A stretch of DNA of 64,000 nt from Chiloscyllium plagiosum (taxonomy: Eukaryota): NCBI RefSeq assembly GCF_004010195.1, contig NC_057718.1, forward strand, positions 64,981,548 through 65,045,547, read 5' to 3'. The notes under the pieces were generated by a model that was given only the letters and a program-made list of their open reading frames with translations, was not told the origin of the DNA and made no database searches. A program made the translations under genes and the position numbers. Within the stretch, counting starts at the first letter, position 1, and each line of letters begins with the position of its first letter. Positions 39,937 to 51,898 of this stretch are shown here, piece after piece.

Positions 39937-41949
39937 TGGATAGTTAGATACATGAGTCAGTTGAATAGATGGGTAAGGTAAGTGAATGATGTCATGATGT
40001 AGGTAGTGGGTAGGTGGGGGTGGATGTCTGGATGGGGTAGATGAGTAGGTGAGTTGGGTAGTGAGTGAGGTGGGGAAGGTGAATAAATAGAAGACGTGCT
40101 GATGTAGGTATTCGGGATGAGTGGCTGATTTGGTTAAGGGGTTTCTGGTAATCGGGAGGGAGTTGCAGATTCAGGGAATACACAGGGTTGCTCGGAGAAT
40201 CTGGGGGTCAATCACTGACGAGGGAGCTGCCAAGGGTTTGGTGGGGTAATAAGGTGGCCAGATGGGGTCATAGAGTGGTTGGAATGGAACCTGGAGGCTA
40301 TAAAGTTATTGAGAGGTCGTGGGGGAGTCAAGAGATTGTGCGGGAACCAGAAGTTTGTGGAGGAGTCAGGAGGTATGGTCAGGGGGAGAAAGTGGTCTGG
40401 TGGTTCAAGTAGTCTGTGGACATTAGGATAGACATGGTCGGGTTAGGGAGTTTGATGTTCAGACCTGGGGAATTTAATGGTTGAGGTGGGGAGTTTCGTA
40501 ATATGGATAGAGAGTTTGGTAGTGGAGGGGTGTTTCAGTGGGGACATAGTGGGGTGTAGTTATGCAATCAAATGTGGGTTGGGTGGTCAAGTGGGGTAGT
40601 TAGATGTTAGGCAGGTCATAATCTATTCATCAACAGCCAAGTCAATTCAGTGAAGACATTTCAGGAAATGAAATGCGCCCTGGTGTTCAGATGAAGCAGC
40701 ACATTAAAGTAAAACTACTGGAGTGTTAAATGTTTATATGACACCCCAAAAATAGACTAAATTATGTGCTTAATTGTTTAATACTTTTTGTCTACTTGAG
40801 AAAATGCCTGCACAGGAACATTCTAACTGAGTGTAATGTCAATAATTCAAATCAACTGAACAATAAAAAAATTGTACTAATTCCAATTTATGTTTGCACA
40901 TCATTATTTACAAGTTACAAGAGCTCATTAATCAATATTTGTTGTGATCCTGATCTTGCCACATTCGCTCCCCATTCCAAACCCCCTTTTGACATCATTT
41001 GTGTTTTATGAGTTTAACTCTCAGTTTCTGATTTCTGATCTCACAGCTTGAATGCCCAAATCCTGCTCTCATCTCCATGTTTCACACTTGAACACTTGAA
41101 GTCTTACTCCCACTTCCTTGGCCTCCCCACTTTAAACTTACCCAGCACTCCAATTCTGATGTCACCACTTTAACTCCAGCTCGCACTGTCCTGTATCTCA
41201 ACATGGCAATTTTGCAATCCAATCTGAACTCCCTGTGCTCCCAAAGTTTGACTTCCTTCCCAAGAAGCAAATCAATACCAGAGACAGTTAAACTGGGTTG
41301 TTTTGGACAGTGAGTGCTCAGGATCTTGGAAGAAGAGTGAAGTGTGTGGTCAATCTTGAAGGAGGTTGGGAGAAGTATATTACTTAAGAGATGGGCTGTT
41401 GAAATCTAATGTCTTTTCGAAGTAGGTGTTTACTCACATTCTGACAGATATGCACACTTAGAAGTAGCATGAGGTCCAGGCTGTTGCTTCTTTCTTAAGG
41501 TTCTCTTGATCATCATATGATCTGTTACATTACAACATATTTTCTATTTACTTGGTCAAGTATTAATCATTTACCCTAAATCTAGCCCCCAAATCCTTCA
41601 TTATCTTCATACAATCCTCCTACATTTCATCTAAATGTCTTTGTTACAAAGGGATAGCTGTTACAGTGGGTTCACCAATTTTCCCAAACTCTGTCAAAGT
41701 TTCCTGAGAGGTGGTTACAAATATGCGCTCTCCATGTTTACATTTGCACTCTGAGAGTCATTATTTGAGTTGTCAGAGATGTCTGTTATTGGATGATGTT
41801 CTCTTCCTCAAAGTCTGGATAGTTAGTCCATCCTATTAATGCTTTCCTCTCATTGATCTGCTTCGTTTCTCTTTGCTCCAGAGTGCAATGTATCTATTGT
41901 TGCACCCTTGTTTGATTTCCGGTCATTTTCTTGCTATAAAAGGCACGTA

Positions 41950-43380
41950 TTGGTCCTTGAGGATATGAAAAACTCTTTATTGAATTTGATGATCTTCCTA
42001 CTTTGGTTGATCAACTGGTATTCTTGACAATATAACTGTATCTGCTGTGAGCTGCTACTTTCCCTGAAAGTATTCTATTGTAGCATTTTTATCTCATCAG
42101 CCTTAATCTGAATTTTTTTTATCATTGGTGGCATTGTTGCACTTTGTTTACTGTTCCATCTATTTTTATTCTGAATTGTAACCCTAGAACATGCATCAGA
42201 AAATGTTTTGCTTGCTCAAGTAGCTGGGAGCATTTCGTATTTGATCACAAAGCAACTGTTCAGTTTCTGTTAATGATCTGAAAAGTAATAAACTGGTATT
42301 CTTTTGCCATCGTTTTTGATTGAGAAGAACATGCCCCTAGTTCAGTCAATGATGCCTTAGCAGCCTTTGGTTGGCAGTTCAGGATCAGAATATGCTAGAA
42401 TTTCTGATAACATCAGCATTTTTCCTCTCGAAAGACGACTGTTGGTTTTCATTCCATGCCTCTCATTGATGCTTAGTCTGTCTGAAGATTTCTTGTCATG
42501 ATTCATTCACTTGTGCAAGATGTCGTTGATACTTGCTCATTTGATTGTGTTGTTACTGGGTGACCTTAACTATAAAGGACAATAGCCTTTGTCTCTCAGG
42601 GGTCTACTGTTATGCCTATTGGTTGAACTTTATGTTTCAAGCACTTGACACTACGCATAAAGAACTCACAATTCTCAGTTAATGTCAATCCTGCTTCCTG
42701 CAAAGGCTTGGTACTGGGTCTTATCCTTTTGTCATGCTCAGTCTAGTTGATTCATGGAATAGAATGTCATCTTTGTGACAATACACCACCTTTTAATCTC
42801 TCCAATATGTTTGGCCCCTGGAATATTTTCTGTGTAGAAGTGATGCTAAAAGATTAAAGGTTAACGCAATTCTATCCAAATATGTCGTGAACATTTTTAA
42901 GAAGGTTGATTCTTCATCGAATGATGACTCTCAGAATTCACTATTAGAATCAAGCTTGGTGAAAATGGTACCCTTGCAAGTGTTACAAAACCTTCATCAA
43001 TCCTCAAGCCATAGGATAGATTTCTGACACTGCAAATTTATTTAGTTGTGTAAAGTCCACACAAATTTTTAATTCAACATTCAGTTTTACAACTAGCATC
43101 AACTCCCAACGCCAATTTGTCATTTTGGTTACAAATACAATGGCACCATAGTGAAGCATTACCTCAACTTCTTATTTCACTATTCTTTCTAAAGTACTGG
43201 CAGGACTTGTCTGGGTGTGAATAGGCAAATTATATTCTCATCTGTTCTCAGCATTGTGGTATGCTGTCTTTAGCTTCCCCAAGTCAGTTTTACCATGAGC
43301 AATTTCTGGAATTCAGTTCTGAATTGTTTTGAATTTATGTAGTGAAGTGTTAACCATTCAGAGTAAATCTTACATCTCCC
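41950..43380 (-). mobile_element. Gypsy (Mag-like) LTR retrotransposon pol remnant (RT and RNase H)
   Basis: Minus-strand fragments LKICVDFTQLNK (~43050-43080), IFTKLDSNS, CHKDDIL (YxDD site, ~42765-42782), LQEAGLTL, and RNase H ILAYSDPELP..SLTETEQ. Many stops. Confidence 0.8.
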
Positions 43381-43964
43381 TCCCCCACAACATTGGTCTT
43401 ATACAATTAGAATCATGGAATCATAGAGCTGTACAGCATGGAAATGGACCCTTTGGTTCAACTCATCCATGCCAACAAGATCTCCTAAATTAATCAAATC
43501 CCATTTGCCAGCATTTGTCCCATATCCCTCTAAACCCTTCCTAATCATGTACCAATCCAGATGTCCTTCAAATATTGCAATTGCACCAGCTTCCACCACT
43601 TCCTTTAGCAGCTCATTCCATACATGCACCATCCTCTGCCTGAAAACATTGTCTCTTAGGTCCCTTTTAAATCTTACTCCTCTCACACTAGTTTTGGACT
43701 CCTCTACCCTGGGGAAAAGACTTGGCTATTTACCCTATCTATGTCCCTCATGATTTTATAAACATCTGTAAGGTCACCCCTCAGCCTCTGATGTTCGAAG
43801 GAAAATAACCCAGCCTATTCAGCCTCTCCCTATAGCTCAAACCCTCCAACCCTGACAGCATCCTTGTAAATGTTTTCTGAATCATCTACTTCACAATATC
43901 TTTCCTGCAGAAGGGAGACCAGAATTGAATGCAGTATTGCAAAAGTGACTTAACCAATGTCATG

Positions 43965-44292
43965 TGCAGCCACAATATGACCTCCCAATTCTTTACTCAA
44001 TGCAGTTCTTGCCTAAATTCTTGGACACATACGTCTCCATCAAGGATGGACCCCTCAGCACCACACTCTGCCACAAACCCACAAACAACCTCACAATGCT
44101 ACACTTCTCCAGCTTCCACCCAAAACATTGCAGCCACAATATGACCTCCCAATTCTTTACTCAATGCAGTTCTTGCCTAAATTCTTGGACACATACGTCT
44201 CCATCAAGGATGGACACCTCAGCACCACACTCTGCCGCAAACCCACAAACAACCTCACAATGCTACACTTCTCCAGCTTCCACCCAAAACAT
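43965..44292. repeat. 164-bp tandem duplication
   Basis: 43965-44128 versus 44129-44292, with two substitutions. Confidence 0.95.
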
Positions 44293-44839
44293 ATTAAAAC
44301 AGCCATTCCCTATGGACAAGTCCGACGCATACACCTGATCTGCTCAGATGAGGAGGAACGTGATGGACACCTGGAAATACTCAAGGATGCCCTCACAAGA
44401 ACGGGGTACGATGCTCAACTCATCGACCGCCAGTTCCGACCTGCCACAGCAAGGAACCGTAATGACCTCCTCAGGAGACAGACACGTGCTGCAACTGACA
44501 GCGTACCCTTCATTGTTCAGTACTTCCCAGGAGCTGAAAAATTATGCCATGTTCTTCATGACCTGCAACACATTATCAGTGAGGATGAGCACTCTCCAAG
44601 ACCTTCCCCACACCTCCACTACTTGCCTTTAAACAACCGCCAAACCCCAAACAGATCATTGTTCGTAGCAAACTGCCGGCTCTCAGGACAACTCCATACA
44701 ACCCTGTCACGGTGGACGCTGCAAAGCGTGTCAGATTGTGGACATAGATATCACTATTACGCGTGGGAACACCTCCCACCGTGTACATGGCAGGTACTCA
44801 TGTGACTCAGCCAACATTGTCTATCTTATACGTTGCAGG

Positions 44840-44892
44840 NNNNNNNNNNNNNNNNNNNNNNNNNNNNNNNNNNNNNNNNNNNNNNNNNNNNN
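44840..44892. other. Assembly gap (53 N)
   Basis: Run of n inside the Penelope element. Confidence 1.
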
Positions 44893-45431
44893 CACACTCA
44901 CACATGCACCCCCTCACAGACTTAAGACACTCTGCACTCACTACATACACACACTTTCTCACACTCACAACCCCCAACCCAGACACACAAAGACACTCAT
45001 AGACAAAGACCCACATGCACACATATATTTTGTGGGGTGAATTTGTACTTGCAGAGTTACATTATACTTTGCTCAAAAACTGCATGCATTCATGTAGAAC
45101 TCTTAAGCTCAAAAACTGCATGAATTTATGTAAAACTCCGTTATCTCACTTTTTAGATTAGAATCAATCTAAACATCATGGCATAGACAGAGAACACAGG
45201 GGGCTAACACCTTCAACATCTTGTCTTGCTATCACCATTGTTAACAGCTAACCCGAGAATGCAACTTTAAAAAAAAAGTTGTGTGATTTACACATGAAAG
45301 AAGTGAAACTATCAGTGTATTCTAACAGATGAAAGGCTTAACAGACAATCAATTTTTCAATGTATAATTTCAGTTACATCACACTGTAAATTTTTGCTAT
45401 AAATTCTGTGTTAGATCGAGCCCTCCACTAT

Positions 45432-45466
45432 CACCTGATGAAGGAGTGTCGCTCCGAAAGCTAGTG
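45432..45466 (+). ncRNA. Minimal hammerhead ribozyme motif, second family
   Basis: CAC-CTGATGA-A-GGAGT[GTC]GCTCC-GAAA-GC-TA^GTG: helix I CAC/GTG, palindromic AGCT at helix III. Confidence 0.8.
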
Positions 45467-48400
45467 TGCTTCCAATTAAACCTGTTGGACTATAACCTGG
45501 TGTTGTGTGATTTTTAACTTTGTTCTTGCCTAATACAGTCAAAATTGACCTTCCTCCAATTTAGAACTTAAACTTTTAGATCCCACCTATCCTTTTCTAT
45601 TACTATTTTGAAACTAGAAGAAGAATGATTACTGGCCCCAAAGTGCACCCCCACTGACAGCTATTTCCCAAGAGTAAGTCAAGTTTTGCTCCTTCTCTAG
45701 TAGGTACATCCACATACTGAATCAGAAAATTTTCTTGAATACTCTTAACAAATTCCTCTCCATCTAATCCCTTAACATTATGGCAGTCCCAGTCTATGTT
45801 TGGAAAGTTAAAATCCTCTAGAATTACCACCCAATTATTCTTATAGATAAATGAGATCTCCTTACAAATTTGCCTCTCAATTTCTCACTGACTATTAGGA
45901 GGTCTATAGTACAATCCCAATCAGGTAATCATCCCTTTCTATTTGTCAGTTCTACCCAAATACCCTTGGATGTATTCCCAGGAATGTCCTCCCTAAGTAC
46001 AGCTGTAATGTTATCCCTAATTAATAACATCACTTCCTACCCTCTCTTGCCCCCTTTTTATCCTTTCTTCGAAACCTGTACATGGAACATTAAGCTGCCA
46101 GTCCTGTCCATCCTTGAGCCACATTTCTGTAAAACCGCTGTGATATCCCAGTCACATATTCCTAACCATGCCCTGAGTTCATCCGCCTTACCTGTCAGGC
46201 CTCTTGCATTGAAATGAATGCTGTTTAATTTATCAGTCATACATCGTTCTCTGCTTTGTTCCTGCCTGCCTTGACAGTTTGACTGGCTCTAGCAAATCTC
46301 TCAGGCAGTATATTAGTCCTCTTCCATTTCAGGTGCGATCTGTCCTTCATATACAGGTCACTTCTACCCCAGAAAAGATTCCAATGACCCAAAAATGTGA
46401 ATCCTTCCCTACACCAGCTCCTCAGCCATGCATTCATCTGCTCTATTCTCCTATTCTTATTCTCACTAGCTCGAGGCACCAGATATTACTATACTTAAGG
46501 GCCTACTTTTTAAATCCCTGCACAATTTCCTATATTCTGTTCTCAGGACCCTGTCCTTTTCTCTTCCTATGACATTAGTTCCAATGTATTCAATGATCTC
46601 CTGCTGATCCCTCTTCCCTTTGAGAATATTTTGCACTCTCTCTGAGTTGTCCTTGATCTTGGCACAAAGGAGGCACACACCATCCTGATGGCTCATTGTC
46701 GGCCATGGAAATGCCTGTCTGTGCTTCTGACTAGAGAGTCTCCTATCACAATCGATTGCTTGGAACCTGGCGTACCCCTCATTACAGTTAAGCCAGTCTC
46801 AGTACCAGAAAGCTGGCTGTTGACGCTACATTCCCTCAAGAGTGCATCACCCCCTACATCTTCCAAAACAGCACACTTGTTTGAGGTGGGGATAGGCACA
46901 GGAGACTACTGCAGTACCTGCCTCCCTCTCCTACCTTTCCAGGAGGCAACTCATCTACCTGACTGTGTCTGCAGTTTTTCTTCCCTTCCTATAACTGCCA
47001 TCCGCCACACCCCCTTGTTCCTATAAATTCCTCATTTTCTCTAACTGCCATTCAATCCAATCTATGCAATCTGATAGGATTCGCAACCAAACACCCTTGA
47101 TGCACACATAACATAAGGAACATTAAAACTCTCCCTAATCTCCCACATCCAACAGGAAGAGCACATCATTCTACTAAATGCCATCTTTTCACTTAGCAAT
47201 AATGTACCCCGAAAATAGCACTGTCTTCCTGTTTTAAAAACATTGCTCCCTGATAACGTACTATCTATGTTTTATATTTTTAAAATTAATCAAAAGGCAG
47301 ATCTCAGTTAACAACATAATCAAGAAAATCCTACTCCACTCACTACTGTAAATTTACAATAAAAACAGTAGGCTTACACTTTAAAAAATATCCACTTAGC
47401 TGCTCCCCTGCTGAGAGCATGTCACACAGATTTCTCCAAGGTCACATGTGAATTACACTGTTTGTCTATTTTTCTTAGAACAAACCAATGTCTGGAGACA
47501 CTTGTTACAAAAAGCTGAGGCAGTCAGCTGTGCACGTTCACTGCTGGATCAGACAGCTGTGCAGGTTTAATACTTGTTTGTTTCACCTCTAACGTGGCAT
47601 CTGCTTCCTCTCTCTTCCTCCTTTTATTAAATTGCTGTTGTTTTGATCTTTTTTTTCCAAAGTTCAAGAACAATGCAACAGCTTATAAAACAGTAATTCC
47701 TGTTCCAAAAATTTGAGGAAATCAACACTGAAACTACCTCAAAAAAAGAGCAGCTCTGACAGCCACAATTCTTTCCCATCCTCCATCTTGGATTATGCAG
47801 AATCCTCTTTGACCTATGAGTGAGGCAGGTTCTGGAAGCCAGGTCAGGAGGCACAATACGCCAATATTATCTTTGGGAGGCTGTCCTCTTGAGCACAGAA
47901 CACCCCATGAAGCAGGTACTCCATCATTCTTTACTGCCATTTCCCCAACGTTGATGAGAAAGTCAGCCTTCACACACTCACCGGCCTTTCAATGTCTAGT
48001 CTATGATAGCAGTGAAGACAGACTGACCCTTAAGCAGCTATTAATTGGCCCATTAAGGACCTCAATACTTCTAGAATGAATGGAAACCCTAGGGCATCAT
48101 ACACACCTCCTGCTTTATGAAGAATTGTGGGCAAGAACATTATGGCTATTTTGCATACCTGCCAGCTGAAAACATGTCCAGCAAGGGGACATGGTGTTTT
48201 CAAGAATTTGGTGTTTAATCAGTACTTTTTAAGAGTAGTATAGGGAGCACTGAAAGTCAGCACCTCATGTTAATTTAAATGATGATGACAGGCAGCCCAG
48301 CACTGAACTGCACTCTTGAGTGGCTGCAGACCTCAGTAGGAGAGCGAATTTTGTATGAATGCCTTCTCAAACTAATGCTTAAAGCTCACGTCGCAATTTA

Positions 48401-48785
48401 AAACAAGATGGATTCTGGCTCCAGCATATACTGGAAGGTATTGTAGTAGGACTACATTGCTCACAGAGATTGAGGGCCTCCAGTCAAGCATTTAGAAGGG
48501 AATGCGGGCAGGTAACCACTGAAATTACCTGTGGATCTTGATACAAGATCAGGAGATGTTCAGTGATCACACTTGAGTAGTCAAGGTCAATGCATTCATT
48601 TTCAAATCGCACATCTTTACAACTGCACCAGTAGCTGCAGAAACTGCTCAATTCACCAAACCCCAGCTCACTCTCTCACCAATGATCTCTGTCTATAAAG
48701 ACTCAAATGTCATTTGTAGCTTCTCCCAACTGTCATTCACTCAACAATGCTATAAGCCTTACATTCACATCTAAGTTTGCAAACA

Positions 48786-49295
48786 CTGAGGGATAGATAG
48801 GGTAGACATGATAGAATTTTTCCCTTTGGTAGAAGGATCAAAGACCGGGGGCATAGATTTAAAGTGAGGGGCAAATGGTGTAGAGGAGATGTGAGGAAAA
48901 CACTTTTCGATCCAGAGGTTGGTGGCAATCTGGAACTCACTGCCTTTAAGAGTGGTAGAGACAGAAACCCTCATAACATTTGAGAAGTATTTAGATGTAC
49001 ACTTGCAATGCCAAGGCAGGCAAGGCTTTGGTGTGATGCTGGAAAAGCATAGCAGGTCAGGCAGCATCCAAGGAGCATGAGATCTCCTGCTCCTTGCATG
49101 CTTCCTGACCTGCTGTGCTTTTCCAGCGCCACACTCTCAACTCTGATCTCCAGCATCTGCAGTCCTCACTTTCTCCTATAAGGCTATGGGCCAAGTGCTG
49201 GAAAATGGGACTAGAAAAGTTAGGTGTTTGCTTTTGACTGATACAGATTTGGTGGGCTGAAGGGCCTTTTTCCTGTGCTGTGGACCTCCATGACT
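48786..49295 (+). mobile_element. CR1-type 3' end interrupted by a Penelope fold-back at ~49032-49177
   Basis: CR1 tail motifs. The insert is flanked by aaggctttgg (49022-49031) and aaggctatgg (49180-49189). Confidence 0.85.
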
Positions 49296-49540
49296 GTACG
49301 ACATTGCCCAAACACATCATGACATACTTTCCTTCTTTTGCAAGACAAGTTTCCTCAGACTGCAGGGATTGGAAGCTAAGCTGTGGGGGCAGGCACACTA
49401 CATATTCTTATCCTTACAGACGAGCTTGTGGTTTCTGTACTTTTGGCAGCTATCACAGAGGTCACAAGCTATTCCTATCTTACCCACCTTCTCATGTCAC
49501 CCAGCAAATATTTTCTAATTAAGCTGTTCAGAGATGTTAT

Positions 49541-49612
49541 GACACACCACTGGAGCAAGTGGGACTTGAACCGAGACCTCCTGGTCCAGAGGTAGAAGAC
49601 ACTACCACTGCC
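49541..49612 (-). mobile_element. tRNA-derived SINE head (non-HE1)
   Basis: Minus strand: gggcagtggtagtgtc (A-box) ... ggttcaagtccc (B-box). Confidence 0.6.
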
Positions 49613-49744
49613 CCTCCCCCCATCTCATCCTGCAATCAATTTTTCAAGTTTAGAAGTGCACATTGTGTAATCATCGATTGCTTGCTTACCACCCTTTACT
49701 ACAACCCTACCTATGTCCCTCCCTTCTTTCAGATACACCGGACT

Positions 49745-50130
49745 AGCAACAGATTGGACTTTTGTGTGAGGTTGTAAGATCAAGATAAGCAGCATGATGC
49801 TGACGATGAAGAAACTCCATATTTTGATCTCATACTTTCAGCGTTGTGATGTGGTGTCCACAAAGCTGTATGTGTACAGTAAATTGCACCTGCACTGGGA
49901 GGAAGCCCACTATTCCATGTGTACATTCTCCCCACTACTCTCTATTCTGAGAACATAATGAACTTCCCTCTCCTGGTAGAAGCAGCTTCCATCATCTGTC
50001 CAACGCAGCTGGGGATCTTGAACTTGGAGGTGGAACAGGCATCCTACTTAAGTCTGGAAAGAGCTGCTGCGAGCAAAATCAGCTTCACAATCACTCCACA
50101 TGCAATATCATTCCTTATAGACTTCACCTG
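49745..50130 (-). mobile_element. Harbinger/PIF transposase remnant (DDE)
   Basis: Minus strand FARSSSFQT (ASGSFQ-like), then RGKFIMF, then GIVGFLPVQ/GAIYCTHTAL (cf. GFP.VQGAIDCTH, with the catalytic D changed to Y and a frameshift). Confidence 0.75.
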
Positions 50131-51281
50131 TTTTACCCACTCTGAGAAACACCAAGCACTTCCCACAAACTCAAAAAGCATCAGTTAGTGCAGCAGGAGT
50201 AGCAGGAGAGGAGTGAACGAACTGGGGGCGAATGGGGGGGGGGGGCGGAGAGAAGTGAATATGGGGGTGAATGGCAGAAGTGAAGTGAGTGAACCTGGGG
50301 GTGAATGGAGGAAGAGAAGTGAGTGAATCTAGGGGTGAACAGAGGGAGAGGGAGAGGAGTCAATTTAGGGTGAATGGCAGAAGAGCAGTGAGTGAACCTA
50401 GAGGTGAACGACAGGAGAAGAGCCCATGAACCTGGGGGTGAACTGTGACAGCAGGAGCTGAATCAAGAAGTGAAACTCATGAGGTGACAACAAGGTTCAA
50501 GAAGTGATATAGAGCAAGAGGATTAACTGCTTAGGAACCAGCTTGGTAAACTGAGTGAACAATACCTGGAGGAAGACAGAGTGTAAAGTCCATATTTTCG
50601 TAATTTGTAGTTTGCGAGGAATAGAGAGGGAGACAGAGACAGAGAGAGAAAGAGAGAAATCTGATCGGTTTGGTCAGAGTAAGGTTGAGAAATTGGTTTC
50701 TAGTTTATTGTTTGCCATTGTTAAAGCTCATAATTGCAGGAGAACTTGTAGAATGCTCCTCCTACAATATGTGGGAAGTCAGGGACACCTCCAGTCTCCA
50801 TGGTGACCATGTATGCAAAAAGTGTGTTCAGCTGCAGCTCCTGATTGACCTCAGGAAGCAGCTGGAGCTGCAGATAGACTCGTGACAGACCATCCATAAG
50901 TTGAGAATTTTGTGGAAAGCATGTTTATTGAGCTGGTCACACAAGTAAAGGCTGCATGGACACAAAAGCATTGAGGACCACTAGGAAGACGAGTAGGTGT
51001 GGACCGGTATTGTAGGAATCCCCTGCTGCCATTTCCCTGTTAAATAGATCTGCCCTGTTGGATACTGTCAGGGCATGGTCTCTTAGGGGAAAGCAACAGC
51101 CAGGTTTTTTGGCACGATGGTTGGCTCTGCTGCACAGCAGGGGAGGTAAAAGACTGGGAGAGTTTTAGTGGTAGAGGGCTTGATTATCCTCTATCACTAA
51201 AGCTGACAGGTGGTTCTATGATTGCCAAATGGTATGTTGCCTGTTGTTGTGGTTCTGTTCGCCGAGCTGGAAGTTTTTGTT

Positions 51282-51321
51282 GCAAACGTTTCGTCCCCTG
51301 GCTAGGCGACATCATCAGTGC
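51282..51321 (-). ncRNA. Minimal hammerhead ribozyme motif, third family (inverted copy)
   Basis: Minus strand GCA-CTGATGA-T-GTC[GCCTAGCCAGGG]GAC-GAAA-CG-TT^TGC. Confidence 0.75.
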
Positions 51322-51858
51322 TTGGGAGCCTCCTGCGAAGCGCTTCTTTGATGTTTCCTCCGGTGTTTATAGTGGTCTGTCCCTGCCGCTTCCGGTTGTC
51401 AGTTTCAGCCAACCGCTGTAGTGGTTGGTATATTGGGTCCAGGTCGATGTGTTTGTTGATGGAGTTTGTGGATGAATGCCATGCCTCTAGGAATTCCCTG
51501 GCTGTTCTCTGTCTGGCTTGCCCTATGATAGTAGTGTTGAGATAAATCAATAAACGATATAAATGGAACACGAAATGACACGACCAGCTATCCTTAGTAG
51601 CCACACACGCAGACAACAAGCAACATGAATTCGACTGGGACAACACTACTATCATAGGGCAAGCCAGACAGAGAACAGCCAGGGAATTCCTAGAGGCATG
51701 GCATTCATCCACAAACTCCATCAACAAACACATCGACCTGGACCCAATATACCAACCACTACAGCGGACGGCTGAAACTGACAACCGGAAGCGGCAGGGA
51801 CAGACCACTATAAACACCGGAGGAAACATCAAAGAAGCGCTTCGCAGGAGGCTCCCAA

Positions 51859-51898
51859 GCACTGATGATGTCACCTAGCCAAGGGACGAAACGTTTGC
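51859..51898 (+). ncRNA. Minimal hammerhead ribozyme motif, third family
   Basis: GCA-CTGATGA-T-GTC[ACCTAGCCAAGG]GAC-GAAA-CG-TT^TGC: helix I GCA/TGC, palindromic AACGTT. Confidence 0.75.

Larger units (their letters stand above)
44181..45521 (+). mobile_element. 5'-truncated Penelope-like element (RT C-terminus, Cys-rich linker, GIY-YIG start, 3' pLTR)
   Basis: FLDTYVSIKDGHLSTTLCRKPT..LHFSSFHPKHIKTAIPYGQ..GY, then C..RCKAC and YSCDSANIVYLIRC. 12-bp TSD gttcttgcctaa at 44169-44180 and 45522-45533. Confidence 0.92.
43410..47790 (-). mobile_element. CR1-type LINE (5' UTR, ORF1, endonuclease, 3' end) with most of RT deleted and a Penelope insertion near the deletion junction
   Basis: PIPTSNKCAVLE..IVIGDSLVR (ORF1 esterase), IHFNARGLTGKADELRAWLG, DFNFPNIDW. 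3' tail at 43410-43995. Confidence 0.9.

Noticed and set aside
39650..40620. G/purine-rich tract as a structured or coding element
   Set aside because: Low-complexity strand-skewed sequence with no periodicity or credible ORF. Probably the interior of an old transposon.
44128..44805. 225-aa ORF as a host protein
   Set aside because: 5'-truncated, frameshifted Penelope RT fragment whose start comes from flanking CR1 sequence.
47627..47700. LELWKK peptide resembling the N-terminus of a longer RSK3 isoform as recalled
   Set aside because: It lies in the 5' region of a CR1 element, with no suitable ATG, donor or further similarity. Chance match.
50205..50445. CRISPR-like repeat array
   Set aside because: Eukaryotic context, diverged contiguous units without unique spacers, and no cas genes.
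51302..51874. 190-aa minus-strand ORF as a novel gene
   Set aside because: It is a by-product of the inverted repeat: an antisense arm fused to a Penelope endonuclease C-terminus.
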